DNA from: Girardia tigrina
Taxonomy: Eukaryota
DNA length: 50,260 nucleotides
Reading direction: 5' to 3'
Assembly: GCA_001938485.1 (NCBI GenBank)
Contig: MQRK01221729.1
Location: forward strand, 1-50,260
Shown here: in pieces, positions 37,373-50,260 of the stretch
Layout of the letters: the number at the start of each line of letters is the position of its first letter
Position numbering within the stretch: position 1 is the stretch's first letter
Position numbers and translations under genes: made by a program
The notes under the pieces: generated by a model
The model's database searches: none
The model's input: only the letters and a program-made list of their open reading frames with translations
Told to the model about the DNA's origin: nothing

Positions 37373-38139
37373 TTTATTAATATATTCTAGCGATAATCCA
37401 TAAATTTAGCAGATAAATCAGTTTTACAACAGTGGCTTATCAAGACGGAAAGACCAAACGGAAGATACTATTAGAACAAAGCGTCACATAAAATATGAAT
37501 ATTTGTGCATAAATTAAAGGAAAATAAAAGAAACTTAAAATAATCACATGTTATCCCAACATAATCATTAAAAAATTTGAAAACTACTTTAACAGACTAA
37601 AAAAATTTTTTTACCTGAATTATAAATTAGTAATCACTTTGTTAAAAAGTTAGACAATTTAAACGTTAAAAATATTTTTGTAAATATTTTTTTTACAATT
37701 TTATTTGAAATTTGTACAATTTTACTCATTTTCTAATTTTAATTTTTTGAATTATATTGAAATATGGGTTGAAAATTTACATGAGTTGAAATAGGTCATG
37801 GGTTAAAACACCCTACAACAATTTCTCACATCTAGACGTGGGCACGTTTTAAAATTTTCTAAACGTTTAAACTGTCTTCGTTTACCAAATTAAACGTTTA
37901 GAAAACGTTTAAATGATCTCTAACTTCATAGAAAAACATTGCAACTATGCTTTATTTTTTTCGAAGCCCATTCATTTCGACAATTTCATGTATGACAATT
38001 TTTATTCATAAAATGTTTACAGGGTATTCCTTAAAACAATTTAGTTCGAACATTTGATACAAAAATAATGGTATAGTTGCAATAATCATATCGTTTTTAC
38101 ATATATGTTACATTCAATGAATGTGGTTTTCAATTCAAG

Positions 38140-38560
38140 GATTTTTCTTTGGTAAATACGGCCTTAAATTTTGTTTATAATTTTTACCATCCGTCTAATT
38201 TTTTATTGCTGAAGGTGGCATAAACACAGTCCCATCAATATTTTTCTCTCTTCTGCTATACCAATAATTCCAAATCCGATTCTGATACATTGAATTTTTC
38301 ATAGCCCATAATGTTAGTTGTCACATGAGCTGTGGTTGCCAGATTTTTTTTGAGTAAAAACATTTATTAACAACACAAACAGGCTCAACGTAACAACAAT
38401 TTTCGGTAGCACAATCTGCGGTAGCACAATCTGATTGATATATTTTTTATATTTATTCAAATCTTTGATTAATGAATGAAATAATGATAACCTTTAATTT
38501 CTCAAAATGTTATTTGGTAAAAATGCATTTAGTGAATTTTATAATAAACATTAGCTTTTC
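38140..38560 (-). mobile_element. Gypsy LTR end, PBS and gag start, related to the 1188-3048 element
   Basis: ACAGCTCATGTGACAAC shared with about 2612-2630; gag start MGYEKFNVSESDLE. Confidence 0.7.
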
Positions 38561-39599
38561 AATTATAATTTGTTTTGGTTTTTTCCTTCCATGCTTTATA
38601 ATAAATTGCTTATGTTAAAAGTAACTATTTATTTGTAAAATAGAATTGAAAAATGTTTTTGTATGAAATTTTCCATTCAGCGAAATATTGAAATAATTAC
38701 TAATAACATAATAAATGTATTAAAAAATGTAATCATAGTTTTCCGTTCTACAAAAGATAACAAAAAATTCTGTTAGCCAAGTAGAGTTCTGTTTACATAA
38801 AGAATTGTATAACAATTTCTTTGAATTACAATTTATAATTTACTTGGTAAAAAAGCTTATTTAGTATAATAAAAATACATAAAATTATTCAATTAATTAT
38901 TCAAATTAAATTCATTAAAATAATAAAAAACTTGTTTAAATGAACATTTAAACATTAAAGCGCCATTATTTGAAGGTGGTGTGAGTCTCTGTTAACACGG
39001 TTATTATACTTTTGTATTAATAAACCGCCAGAACAGGAGGAAATGAAGTGCAACAAAGGAAGTGGGTTATGTTTTTATGTAACCCATGTCCAAATATTGC
39101 GTCAAATATTTGCAAACTGTTTATTAACTTTCATCTACAACTCCACGATTTGCTTTGTAGATTGTGAAGTTTCAAAGATGTTAAATTGAATATCTGTTTT
39201 TGGTATACACATATTTCTTTTGAATTAATGTGTTCGAAAAACAAAAATATTTAGTACTAATACTTTTATTAAAATTAAACATAACATATTAAACATAATT
39301 TTATATAATTAATTAAATATATATTAGTTATAATAATATTAATCAAGCATTTGTCAATCCAAAATCAACACTCAATTTAACATTGAAACACAAAATCAAC
39401 AATACAAATATTTGTCATATCATTTTTAAATTAAAAAAAATAATTCACAACAGAATTAATATAAAATCAAAAATTAAGCAACATATATTGATAATTTTTT
39501 ATTAAAATTTAAAATATATTTCAAATAACTACAGACAGATTTTTAAAATACAAGTTTATTAACATGGGATGGATCAAGATTGGGAAAAAGTATTTAGAG

Positions 39600-39720
39600 A
39601 GTAATCTCACGTAGAACTGTTTTTGAGTTTCATGAATGAGAGGCATCACAATATAAAGTTCACAATTGAGACTAAGGCCAATTACAGACTAGCTTTACTT
39701 GATATTCTGATTAAAAGGAT
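39600..39720 (+). mobile_element. Penelope-like RT fragment
   Basis: FLSFMNERHHNIKFTIE…LALLDILIKR. Confidence 0.7.
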
Positions 39721-40824
39721 GAATTAAAGGGAGCTAATTATTTCAATGAAAAAAATTAAAATTTTGTGCTCCATTAGAAAAAAATATTTTTCTTCCATGC
39801 GATACATCTCGTTTTCAAAACTTTTTTACTTGAAAACCTATTGAAAATCAACAAATATAATTTAAAGAATTTAACGATTAATAAAAAAATTTACCTGAAA
39901 TTTTGATGCGATTCTCAAATATGCTATTAATGTCAGTTTCCATATTTTGCATTTATAGTCCCACGAAAAGTTCAATAGATTGAGATAATGTGTTCTTTAA
40001 AAATGAATAGGCCTCAGGTAGCGTGATAAAAGTTTCAAAAAAGTATAAACCATGTCGTAAGTTTTAAAATACGAATTTAAGAACTACACGCTCGTTTATA
40101 AATCGCTAAACGTTTAAACGTCTTAAAAAACGAAAACGTTTAAACGGCCGTTTAAACGCTAAACGTGCCCACCACTACTCACATCTCCTCGATTTAAATG
40201 GCTTAAGCAATTCAACATTTCTGATCACAATTCTACCATTTTTTGACTTAAAAAAATAAAGCACTTTTCTATAAAACATTAAAAAATGAAGTTTGTTTAT
40301 AAAACTTTACGAAATAAGAGTCAATTAATAATACAAAAATATATTTTAAAAACTTTATTGCATTAAAGTGTTAAATCAACAATTTAAAACAATCAACAAT
40401 ATCCGTTACTGATACAAAACATATGTCCCATAGTTTTGGAGCGCTTTATATCAGGCATATCACAGGAAATTTATTCAGAATTGGAAAATTTTATTTCTTC
40501 TTTGGATACATCGAGACAATTTTTTGTCTCTTCATTTCAAAATTTCAAATTTATAAAGTAAATATTGTTAGGTTTAGAATACATTCTGATTAGAATTCAG
40601 ATAAAGACAATTTTTGAAACTTTTATTTACTAACAACAATATACATATTATTTAAACAAGTTTAGCCTAAGTAAATTTTTTGAGGAACGATTTTTCATTT
40701 TTTTTACACAAACCAATTATATCAAAATAATTGTAAATATAAATATATATTAATTTATTATTTTCGAAATTTTGTATTATATTTAATTTTTTTTAAACGG
40801 ATTTAATTTTTTTAAAGTTCCTGT

Positions 40825-41052
40825 AAACGGATTCAGGAACATAATCGCAGGGAAAGTGATAGCAATATTGCTCAACATAAGAAGAACTGTTTGAATAGTA
40901 AAGTTGACGTAAGTAATTTTAAGATTTTGTGTTCACAATNNNNNNNNNNNNNNNNNNNNNNGATGTGTGAAGCATTGTTGATTAAATCTTTTGATCCTAA
41001 AATCAATGTCCAAACACCATCCTCTTCAACTTTATTGAAAGTATTTTCATGA
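40825..41052 (+). mobile_element. Penelope-like GIY-YIG C-terminal fragment
   Basis: KRIQEH…SNIAQH…NFKIL…EALLIKSFDPKINVQ. Confidence 0.8.
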
Positions 41053-41117
41053 TTTAAATGACATAATGATTACATAAACACTGCTTTGATATATAAACGC
41101 GAGTAAATCATTGTTAA

Positions 41118-41162
41118 TTCAGTCTGATGATGACGGTTGATCCCTCGAAATTAATCACAATA
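41118..41162 (+). ncRNA. Minimal (dimeric-type) hammerhead ribozyme motif of a Penelope element
   Basis: CTGATGA, stem II GACGG/CCCTC, GAAA, palindromic ATTAAT and UC, about 70 nt after the PLE stop codon. Confidence 0.65.
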
Positions 41163-41425
41163 TATTCTGACGAAAATTTTTTGATATTTAATTTTATAAA
41201 ACTTTTTTAATTTTAAAACTACTTTAATAAAAATAAACTATTTTCACATATTTTATATATTAATTTTGTATTGTTGGGATTGATTATTCAGCATCAATAA
41301 TTTTACGTTTTTTATAGTACTGTTTTGTTGTATATTTTAAAGTTCAGGACGTGATTGCTTAAAGTTTTTTATGATCGAACTTTGAGTTCTTTTGATTTGA
41401 TCTGATATTAACGATATTTCAATTT

Positions 41426-42855
41426 AAAATATATTAAATTGAAAAAAGCCACAAAAAATCTTGCATCAATCTAAGTGATGAAACTTTTAATTAAATTTTG
41501 GGTCTATCTTTTGATAATTAAATATAATTATTAATATAATAGATACAAAAATAGTAAATATGACGCAAACGTAGCATGTTTATTTATCATCATTATTTAT
41601 TTATCATCACTTGAGCCAAATGATGATCCGTCTGAACAATATTTTAAAATGTGCCCAGCACGACATCCGCTGTGTCTCTACTATCACCCGTCAGTCTCTG
41701 GTGAAACCTAGAGTATTTGGAATGGTTGATGTTTTGTGTTTAAATGTTGTGTGTTGATTTTGAACTGTGTCTCTCCTACCCAGATGGTTGATTAATATTT
41801 AATTCTTATTATCTGAGAATATGTAAAGTTTTAATTTTTTTCTAATTTAAAATTATTGTTAAATTTTAAATAAGTTAATTAATTTTATTTACAATTTTTA
41901 AATATAAATTGAGTTAATATTTTAAAAATAATTACTATTCATTTTAATTTTTAACCAATAAAATTTTGAAGAAGTATTTTAACAATTTTTTGTAATTTCC
42001 ATTTACTCAGATACTAAGATTAAAGTCCTTAATTAATTATTCCGATGTTATAGTACGAAAGCTTTGACAAAGATTGTCTTGATGACAATTAAACTTGTAA
42101 TATTCATAAAAATCTTAAGTCTTATTGGTGTTCTCAATACTTAAGGCTGTGTTGAACATATTGTAACTCTGAATAAAATTGGTAAGTACACAATTTGTAG
42201 CATAAATATTTTCTTTTTCAAACAGAAATAATTTGAATGTAAAAAAATTTCGAATTTTTTTAATAAAAACAATTATATACTATTCAAACAAAAGTAGAAT
42301 ATTTTTTTGTAATTTTTAACCGTTTGTATAAGTAAGTAAAATAAGAATATTTAAGTATAATTTTATTCAGAATAATTTCATTTAAATATCAAAAATTAAA
42401 ACTGTATTATATATCACGTATCACCATAAAAAGTATTAAAAAATAATATATAAAAGAAAAATTTATAATATATTAAAAATTTTTATTTAGTGTAAAAAAT
42501 CGCGGGTCAAAAACAAGGTAAATTTAATATTTATTTGATGGAAAAGAATAATTTATCAGAAACTATTTTCGAAATTTAGAAATTATATTTAATTATATTT
42601 TTGATAATCATAAATGTTTTTTATATTTTAATATTTCTAAGTTTATATCATCAGATGGTATAATTTATTTTAATATATTTATTTTTTTCAAAATATCTAA
42701 CAAAAATATATTAAATTGAAAAAAAATCCACAACATTCTTGCATCAATCTAAGTGATGAAACTTTTAGTTAAATTTTGGGTCTATCTTTTGATCATTAAA
42801 TATAATTATTAATATAATAGATACAAAAATAGTAAATATGACGCAAACGCAGCAT
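41426..42855 (+). repeat. ~150-bp direct repeat pair (41426-41577 and 42703-42855)
   Basis: Directly visible, high identity. Confidence 0.9.
41712..42139 (+). mobile_element. Solo LTR (TGTGAG family), 5'-clipped
   Basis: Similar to 32923-33359; same core motif; ends TGTTCTCAATA. Confidence 0.8.
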
Positions 42856-42938
42856 ACTTGACCTTTCAAGAACAAAAAAGTTTGTTATTATAATATATAA
42901 ATAGGGTTTATAATATCAAAAATGTGTTGACAAATATA

Positions 42939-45900
42939 CAGTGGCATAGCAACTGTTATTGGCGCCCGGGGCGGTCCTTAGATTAGCCGCTTGTTGATCA
43001 TCCATTATCCGGAACACTCAATGACTGTATATGCTAAAAATTAAATAGAGTACTGTAATTGTTAGTCTTAAACTCCTTACTTTCATTTCATATTCTTCTT
43101 GTAATACTCCTGTTCTTATAATAAAGTTTAAGTAGTAACGAAGTCATTTCAAAATTTACAATTTTAATTACAACTTACAAGTGAACATTTCACGCTTTCG
43201 TTTCTGCAAATTTAGTGATAACAATATCAAAATTCAGTTCAACAGCAAGCTCTCTCTCAATAAAAAGGACTATCAAGTCATTAAGCCTTGATTGGCTCAT
43301 TGTAGATCGGAAATTGTTTTTTATTAACTTTGGATTTGAAAACGAGCGTTCGCATCTGGCATCGTTAATAATACGGGTAAGAAGGATGCGCAGCAAGATC
43401 ACAATATTAGGAACGGAGTCCCCAATTTTATATCTCTGTATGAATCTCAAAAGTTCTAAAGGTCGGTAGATTTCGTCATTTCCTGAAGCTTTGACAAAAT
43501 ACTGAAGTCTTCTTCTTTCTTCTAAGAATTTCTCTTTCTCCTTTTCGTCAAGTTGATAATCTTAATTATCATCAAAAAGATTCGATTGTGCAATGACAGC
43601 ATACTTGTTTGCAAAATCATGAACTTGTTGAAATCTGGAATATATTTCCTCAATCAACCTGCCTACAGCAAACAGTATTCCCTGTCTCAACTGAGCATTA
43701 AATGTCATCGCTACATCAGTCGATCCCTTGTCATTCATTCTTTTCTTTTTGCAAATTCGACGCTCCAGCTTATCACCATTTTAAAGCAGATATTCTTGGA
43801 TTCGTTCATTGCACTGTCTATCATCTTCTACTTATTTTGAAAAAATATAATCTCTCAGTGCTATGAGCTTAACAGAACTTTGATACAGATCCAGCCCTTT
43901 TGTTTGAAGATACTTCTGTGCAGCATTGACTTCTGGTAAAACAGATTTCCAAATGCTCAGAAACGATAGAATTGGAAACGACAGTACTGAGGTTAGAATT
44001 TGTTATAGTCTTAAATAAAAGATTAATAAGATGGATTATAAATATTTATTAACAAAAAAATGTTTAAATAGTAATATTTAAACAACATATAAATTCCTAT
44101 TTTTTAAATAATTTCTATTTTTTTATTCATTTCTTAATAATTATCATAAATGATAATATAACATCCCCCTTTGGAAATCAACGATATTTTTGTGCTGGAT
44201 TCCTGGTGCTTCTAATCGGGTATCTCGTCTTTCTGACAACTGATTATTTTCTGAATATAAATAACGTACTTGATACATAATCTATTGGTGCGTTTAATTC
44301 CCCGTTGTACTTTTTTAACTGATTATAATTTCTTCTCATTACTTTCTGCGATGTTTTATCTTGAAGAATATAAGTATAATTATTTAAAATCTTTTGTATT
44401 GTATATGGTCCACTGTATATTGGTTTACCCAATCTTCTCTCTCCGTTTTCTTTAACTTTGTCTCCGATACTTAATTGCTTATACAATGTGTTTCGATTAT
44501 ATATATCAGCTGAGTAACCACAACCTGTTTTCATTTTGTCTATTATCAATTTGTTTAGTTTTTTCTTGTTCTCGTTTAAGCCACATCACATAATCACTTA
44601 TTGATCATGTTGTACAATCATCGTTGGTTGTGGTTAAGACTATTGGCTTTCTACCATAAATAATTTCAAAAGGATTAAGGCCTGTTGTCTTTTGATTTGA
44701 ACATCGTAGTCCAAACTCAACCACTGTTAAAATGTCAGACCAGTCGCCTGTCCTGTTCGTCATCATACACGATCCCATTAACTCCTTTGCAGTTCGAAAA
44801 AGTCTTTCAACTAAACCATTTGATTGGGGGTAATAAGGAGAAGAGTGTGACTGTGTTATGTTCATACCTAAACAAAATCGTCGAAATTCAGTTGACGTAA
44901 AATACGAGGCATTCTTTAATTCTCTGGAGTACTAAGCTTAATCGTTCATTATGCTCTTTTATTGTTCTTCCGAAAATCAGAACATCGTCTAAATATATTA
45001 GACACTTACTCCAATTCTCTCTTTACAGAAATATATTCATCATTTTCTGGAAGGTGGCAGGAGCAGAGCATAGACCAAAAGGCATTCTTGTAAATTCCAA
45101 CTGTCCATGCTTTGTTGTAAAGGCCGCTTTTTTCATATCATCAGACTTAATAGGGATTTGATAATAACCACTAGACAAATCTAGCGTTGAGAAGTATTTG
45201 GCCTCTCCAATGGCATCAAATATTTTTTCACTTACTGGAATAGGATAAATTGGGCGATCTGTTTTAGCATTTAAACCTCTATAATCCACACATAATCTTA
45301 TATCTTCGTTTTTCTTTTCTTACAATTACGAGTGGAAAATTCCAAGGAGAATTACTCTGCCTTATTATTCCAGCATGTTCTAGCTCCTTTACTTTAGAAT
45401 TTACCACTTCCTCCAAACCAATTGGTATTCTTCTAGGCTTAAAAGCTATAGGTTTAGCTTCTCCTGTATCAATTGTATGCTCTATAACATTGGTAAGAGC
45501 CACATTTAACGAGTATTTGCTAAAAATATCTATATTTTTCTTTATGTTATGCATTGTTTCATTTTTTACACTTTCTGCAACGTCATCCATATTTTTCTCA
45601 ATAACAGAACATATATCTGATAATCTAGATATTTCTCTATGTTTTGAAATCTCGAATAAACTGCATATACCTCTTTTAGTATTTTGAATTTTGTCATCTC
45701 TCCATTCTTCAGTGTATCCAAGTACTGAACCCGCATGTAGCGTTTTAGAATCTCCACCTGGCATATATAGCCGGACCCAGATGGAGCCATCTTTCAGCGA
45801 TACAATAGAGTTTCCAATTAATAAATTTTTATCCGCCATTTTCGCTTTGTCCCAGTAAAAATCATATCTATTCTGAACCTTGATAACTTCTGATTATTTT

Positions 45901-48900
45901 CATCTATTACTACTCCTCTAACCAGATATTTTCGAGTTCCACATAACTGAACATTATCACATAAAATCACACGCATCATTAAGCAATTTTGAGTTCCTTC
46001 AGTACCCCTCTCCGCATCCGAACTCTGAAATACGGTAGGGATTAGTTTAAAGTTGTTGCAGCTTTAGTAGCTAAAACAAATGGGACAATTATCTTATCTA
46101 TTTCAATAGCATCAATATCTGGTCTAATTATTATGCCACACTTTTTCATGCTTCGTAATCCGATAATCATATCTGGAGATATATCTGGCATAATATCAAA
46201 TACATGCTTGGTTAAAATTGGACCAACATTTACCGATAATTTTACCTTGCCTTTACAACTAACTACCTGACCATTAGCACATTTTACCTTTGTTTCTGAT
46301 GGATATATTTTTATATTTTCTTGCTGAGATAGTTGTTTGTAAAGTTTTCACTTACAACAGTCAAATCTGCACCTGTATTAAACATAACATTAATCTTACT
46401 ATTTCGAACTGAACACTGAACTATCGGCTTATTTGCTAACGACTGATTTTTTAATAGCGCTTCTTTTTAAAATGGACGTTTTGTTTCGTTGTTGTACCAT
46501 TAATGTAAGATACATATTGGTCGATTAGATCCGGTTTTTTCAGGGGTTTAGTTTTCGCCATTGAGTTAATTTGCCTTTCATTATCTCTACTTACTTCTGA
46601 AATCGAATATGAATTTTGGCATTCCGATAACTCCATTTATTGTAACAACTTAACAAATTTAAGGTTTGGGCAATTAGTTTTCTTGTGGTTACCACCACAT
46701 TCGTAGCAAATTATAGCTTTGCAAAAACGTTTGATGTGTCCGACTTTATTACATCTAAAACATTTACGTTCGGCGCTCTTCATATTATCGGACAATCGAT
46801 TATTTTTAAGTTTAAATATTTCGTCCTTCAGAAATTTTATTTCTGCCTTTAGTTTTTGGTTCTCCTGAAGTAATTCCGCAATCGATACGCATTTTATACA
46901 ATTCGTAGTTATTTTCGTCACTATTGTCGCAGTCGTCTTCTTTCACCATCCCGAGAGCTTCGAATAGTGTTGTCGGTTTGAGAATTTTAAAGACTTTATA
47001 GATCTGTTTGTCCAGTAGTCCGTGCTGGAAAATTTTAACTATGGAGTCCTCTGATTTGATATTTGGCTTGAACGCTTCCAATTTTATTCTTTTTGAAAAA
47101 TCTAGAAATGTTTCTTTTTGTTCTTACCTCATTTGCAAGATTGGTAACGATTCACCGACTTTAGATCTTTGAATGTCGAATTTTTCGATCAATTTAGAAG
47201 CCAGTGTTTGCGTATTACAACATTTCCAATATGATCCGGAATCGCATTGAATTTCTGCAATGAGATCTTTGTCATAATACGAAGAAAACGCCTCCATTTT
47301 CGTATTTTCGTCTAATTTCGCGTCTTCGAATAATGTTAAAAATTCTTTAACATTATTGACGTGTTCCGCAATCAATTTTTCCTTCAGATGAATTTTTTCG
47401 AAGATAAACAATTTTTCTTCTTTTTTCTTGAATATGATTTCTTCTAAAAACTTCTGCGCAGTTGCATTTGTTTGTGACGCTATGTTATAGTCTTAAATAA
47501 AAGATTAATAAGATGGATTATAAATATTTATTAACAAAAAAACAATGTTTAAATAGTAATATTTAAACAACATATAAATTCCTATTTTTTAATAATTTCT
47601 ATTTTTTATTCCTTTTTTAATAATTATCATAAATGATAATATAACAAAGGCGCATAAAGATGTATCTGATCTTGTAGTCATATTTTCTCCTTCTTCGGGT
47701 AGCTTCTCCAGAGCAGTCACGATTTGGGATCATTTGTTCATCATAACATTTACAGCATCTGCTCGACTGCTTATCTAATTTCCACGACCCACTTGATACT
47801 TTGACCATTCTCCTGAATCAAGACATTCCAGAGATGCGTAGATGCCAAAACAAAAGAGAACAATTATTCAAATGTGCCAAAACATGTGACAGAGTGAACC
47901 ACAGTAGAAACTGCATGTACACAAGCCAAATTCAGGGAATCATTTGAGCATGGCATAAATAGAACTTTCAAATTGATTTCGGAGATGCGCTTCTGGACAC
48001 TCGATCGATGAGCAGCCATAACAACAGTGTTGTCGTATACCTGGTCACTGCAATCATCAATGTAAATCTCATGGTTCTCCAGTTGTCTCAACTCCTGGAA
48101 ACAAAAAGAAAGTGACAATGTTCTTTCCCAGCTTAAGTTTTACAATATTTTCACGGAGCACAGGGTTATACTTGGCCAACAAATGAACCAATTCATAAAT
48201 ATTTCCTCTATTTTTATGGTCTCCATTTTCGTGGATGTCTTTCCGGTGGCCCCTTAGTACCAGATTTTACTTGGAGAGAAATCTAATTATTTCTAGTAAT
48301 CTAGCCGGAATTTCTTGCCACTTCTTAGTCTTCTTCTTAATTACTTCTTCCTCTGCTTTGTTAATTGCCTTTCCTTCAGCGAACCGTGTCTTTAGCTTCT
48401 TCCAGTTCAGGAATGTCTGAGCATGCGATGTGCAAATTTCGTGTTCATGCATTTTAGGATTTAATTTCCACCAGTTCTTGAAGCCTTTCTCAACAGATAA
48501 ACCAGACAGTCAAACTGAAAACAGTCTACAGCCAAAACAGAACGGGGCCTCCTTTGAAGGAAAATACACAATCCATGTTCTCATACTTTTCTGTCCAGTT
48601 CACAGATAAAAAAAATCCATTTTTGGTTAGCTTCTTAGTGTAACTTTTTTTCGTTCTTGGTTGCGGTACTTCTTTGAATTCTCAATCGAAGTGCTGCACT
48701 GCAACATATCCTGCGGAACAAGCATAGGCATATTTCATGGTCAATTTTAATAGGTCGAAGACCAATTAAAAAAATGTCAGTAAAATTAGTTGCAATGTTT
48801 GTTTTCAGAGTGATTAGTTGTTACCTTTCCCATGCTTCAATTCCAAGCTCACAATCTTCTGCATCCATTACTTTTTCCGACGTATCGGCGTTTTCCGTGC

Positions 48901-49128
48901 CGCCTTCCCCTTCCGCAGTACCAGTATTGACTTCAACGTTAGCATTAGCAATATAAACTTCATCTCCAATCTCAGCAGTATTTTCGACTTCCGTATCCTT
49001 TACTTTGTTCGTAGGCAATGATGTCATTTGAATGAATTTCAATAGTGCACCTTCATTCTTTTTGTCTACCATTCTACAGCTTTTTTCTTCTTACGGAATG
49101 ACGCACCGCTCTCTTTGACTCTCTTCAT
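42939..49128 (-). mobile_element. ZMYM1-like hAT transposon, pseudogenized and split by a Gypsy insertion
   Basis: TIR-like CAGTGGCATAGC at 42939; MKRVKESGASFRKKK start; CSNDSLNL; CERSFS…RSTMSQSRLNDL dimerization motif. Confidence 0.85.
44001..47646 (-). mobile_element. Ty3/Gypsy LTR retrotransposon with both LTRs; RNase H and the start of integrase deleted
   Basis: LTRs at 44001-44163 and 47483-47646 (TG...CA), PPT AAAGGGGGA, two CCHC knuckles, RT LDLSSGYYQI/MPFGL/YLDD, integrase YYPQSNGLVER. Confidence 0.92.
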
Positions 49129-49976
49129 TACGATACTAGGGCTGCGTATATTAACGATCAAAATTTTCATTTATTTCTTTATTTTAGAACCAAATACTTA
49201 AAACATGTTTGTTTGTTTGCGTTACTGGATGCAAAGATCATATGATGAGACACTTTGTTACAAACATTGACTCTTATTTCTTAATTCTTAAGTTTATTTT
49301 AACGCCACTTTATGAATTTTCTAACATTTTTGACTTGACATCACTCGATACTAGTGTAATTCTGTCTAGTTACTTTATCTGTACAACTTAAACTATTTTT
49401 TACGATTAATTAATCGTTAATTATAGGAAAGTTAACCAATAAAAAATAATCGTTACCAGTCCTTTATCATACTTATTGGAGTGAAAACTCATGCTTTTAA
49501 GAATTTATTCTTTATATGTCATAAATAATTCTAAAAAAACTATCTAATACTTAACTTAAACTTTAGGCACAGTAATACATATTCATGAGCGGTTGAGACG
49601 CCTGTGTGCTATCTTAATTTCTTAAATGATCGTCTATTTGCTTGCTTGCAATACAAAGCTGTTAACATTTGCTTATATAAATAAAGGTACAAATCGAATC
49701 TGGGTCCATTTTATAGAATGAATCAATCAAACATACCACAAAGCTGCCTTTTCGAAATTAAGCACATATTCACAGACGAAGTAAAAAAATTCAGTCAAAT
49801 AAAATCTAATAACAGGAAGTACACTTTACTGATATACAAAAATCAAAACGTTGTCGTTGCTAAGTAAGTAATAGTAAGGAATTTGTGCATTTGTGATGAC
49901 TCACAAATATGCCTGCCATTAACAGTTTTCATTGAATTGAGCATGTTTTTTAACATTCTGTTATAACCAGTGTAGT

Positions 49977-49980
<4 letters not shown>

Positions 49981-50008
<28 letters not shown>
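49981..50008. repeat. (TA)14 microsatellite
   Basis: Directly visible. Confidence 0.95.
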
Positions 50009-50011
<3 letters not shown>

Positions 50012-50260
50012 GGTTATCATAAAGTAACTAGAGTTTTAAAACCACTTTAATATTTCGTAGAAATAGTGGAAAACACAAAACAAATTGAAAAATGTATTCA
50101 GTTATATTTCGGATTTATGTGTCCACCATTATTTTCAAGATAAAGCTGAGCCCTGGCCACCAGGGAAGCACTTGCTGCCTGTAGCATATCTTGAGGGATA
50201 TTACTGATGAATGACGAAATGTTCTCCTTTAACTGAGCAAGGTTGGCAGGAGGAGGCATA
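50009..50260 (-). mobile_element. Tc1/mariner 3' end, same family as about 14580-14863, inserted in (TA)n
   Basis: Near-identical reverse complement of 14609-14863. Confidence 0.88.

Larger units (their letters stand above)
37833..40177. mobile_element. Non-autonomous hAT element with 8-bp TSD CTCACATC
   Basis: TIR TAG..GTGGGCACGTTT; TSD at 37825-37832 and 40178-40185; AAACGTTT subterminal repeats. Confidence 0.88.

Noticed and set aside
45985-46045. Minus-strand CGGATGCGGAGAGGGG resembling a DV-DVI junction
   Set aside because: No 5' half of DV; the sequence lies within the Gypsy pol region.
43996-47651. TSD for the third Gypsy element
   Set aside because: The flanks GAATT and AAGGC do not match; the cause (small rearrangement or filler DNA) cannot be resolved here.
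49560-49900. Further Penelope GIY-YIG-like traces (also 31930-32250)
   Set aside because: Too decayed to call with confidence.

Overview
AT-rich eukaryotic (probably animal or parasite) nuclear DNA with assembly gaps. The backbone is one + strand multi-exon gene for a VWA5A-like protein. Its MIDAS motif DRSGS is split across an 8.7-kb intron, its introns are either tiny (26-52 nt) or 6-12 kb, and a possible chain of 11-38 nt micro-exons follows downstream. The large introns are filled with nested, mostly decayed transposons: three two-LTR Gypsy deletion derivatives, several solo LTRs, a NeSL-type non-LTR element (Ulp1 protease + RT + RLE), other non-LTR fragments, mariner/Tc1, Tigger, hAT and BEL pieces, and Penelope fragments with hammerhead motifs. 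An intronless KNTC1/Rod-like pseudogene lies antisense in one intron. The most unusual observations are (1) a ~530-nt structured non-coding segment resembling domain I of a group IIB self-splicing intron, sitting inside a spliceosomal intron, (2) an LTR element whose primer-binding site is complementary to the first 12 nt (5' end) of tRNA-Lys(UUU), and (3) the in-phase micro-exon chain. All family calls come from manual motif recognition; no searches were run.
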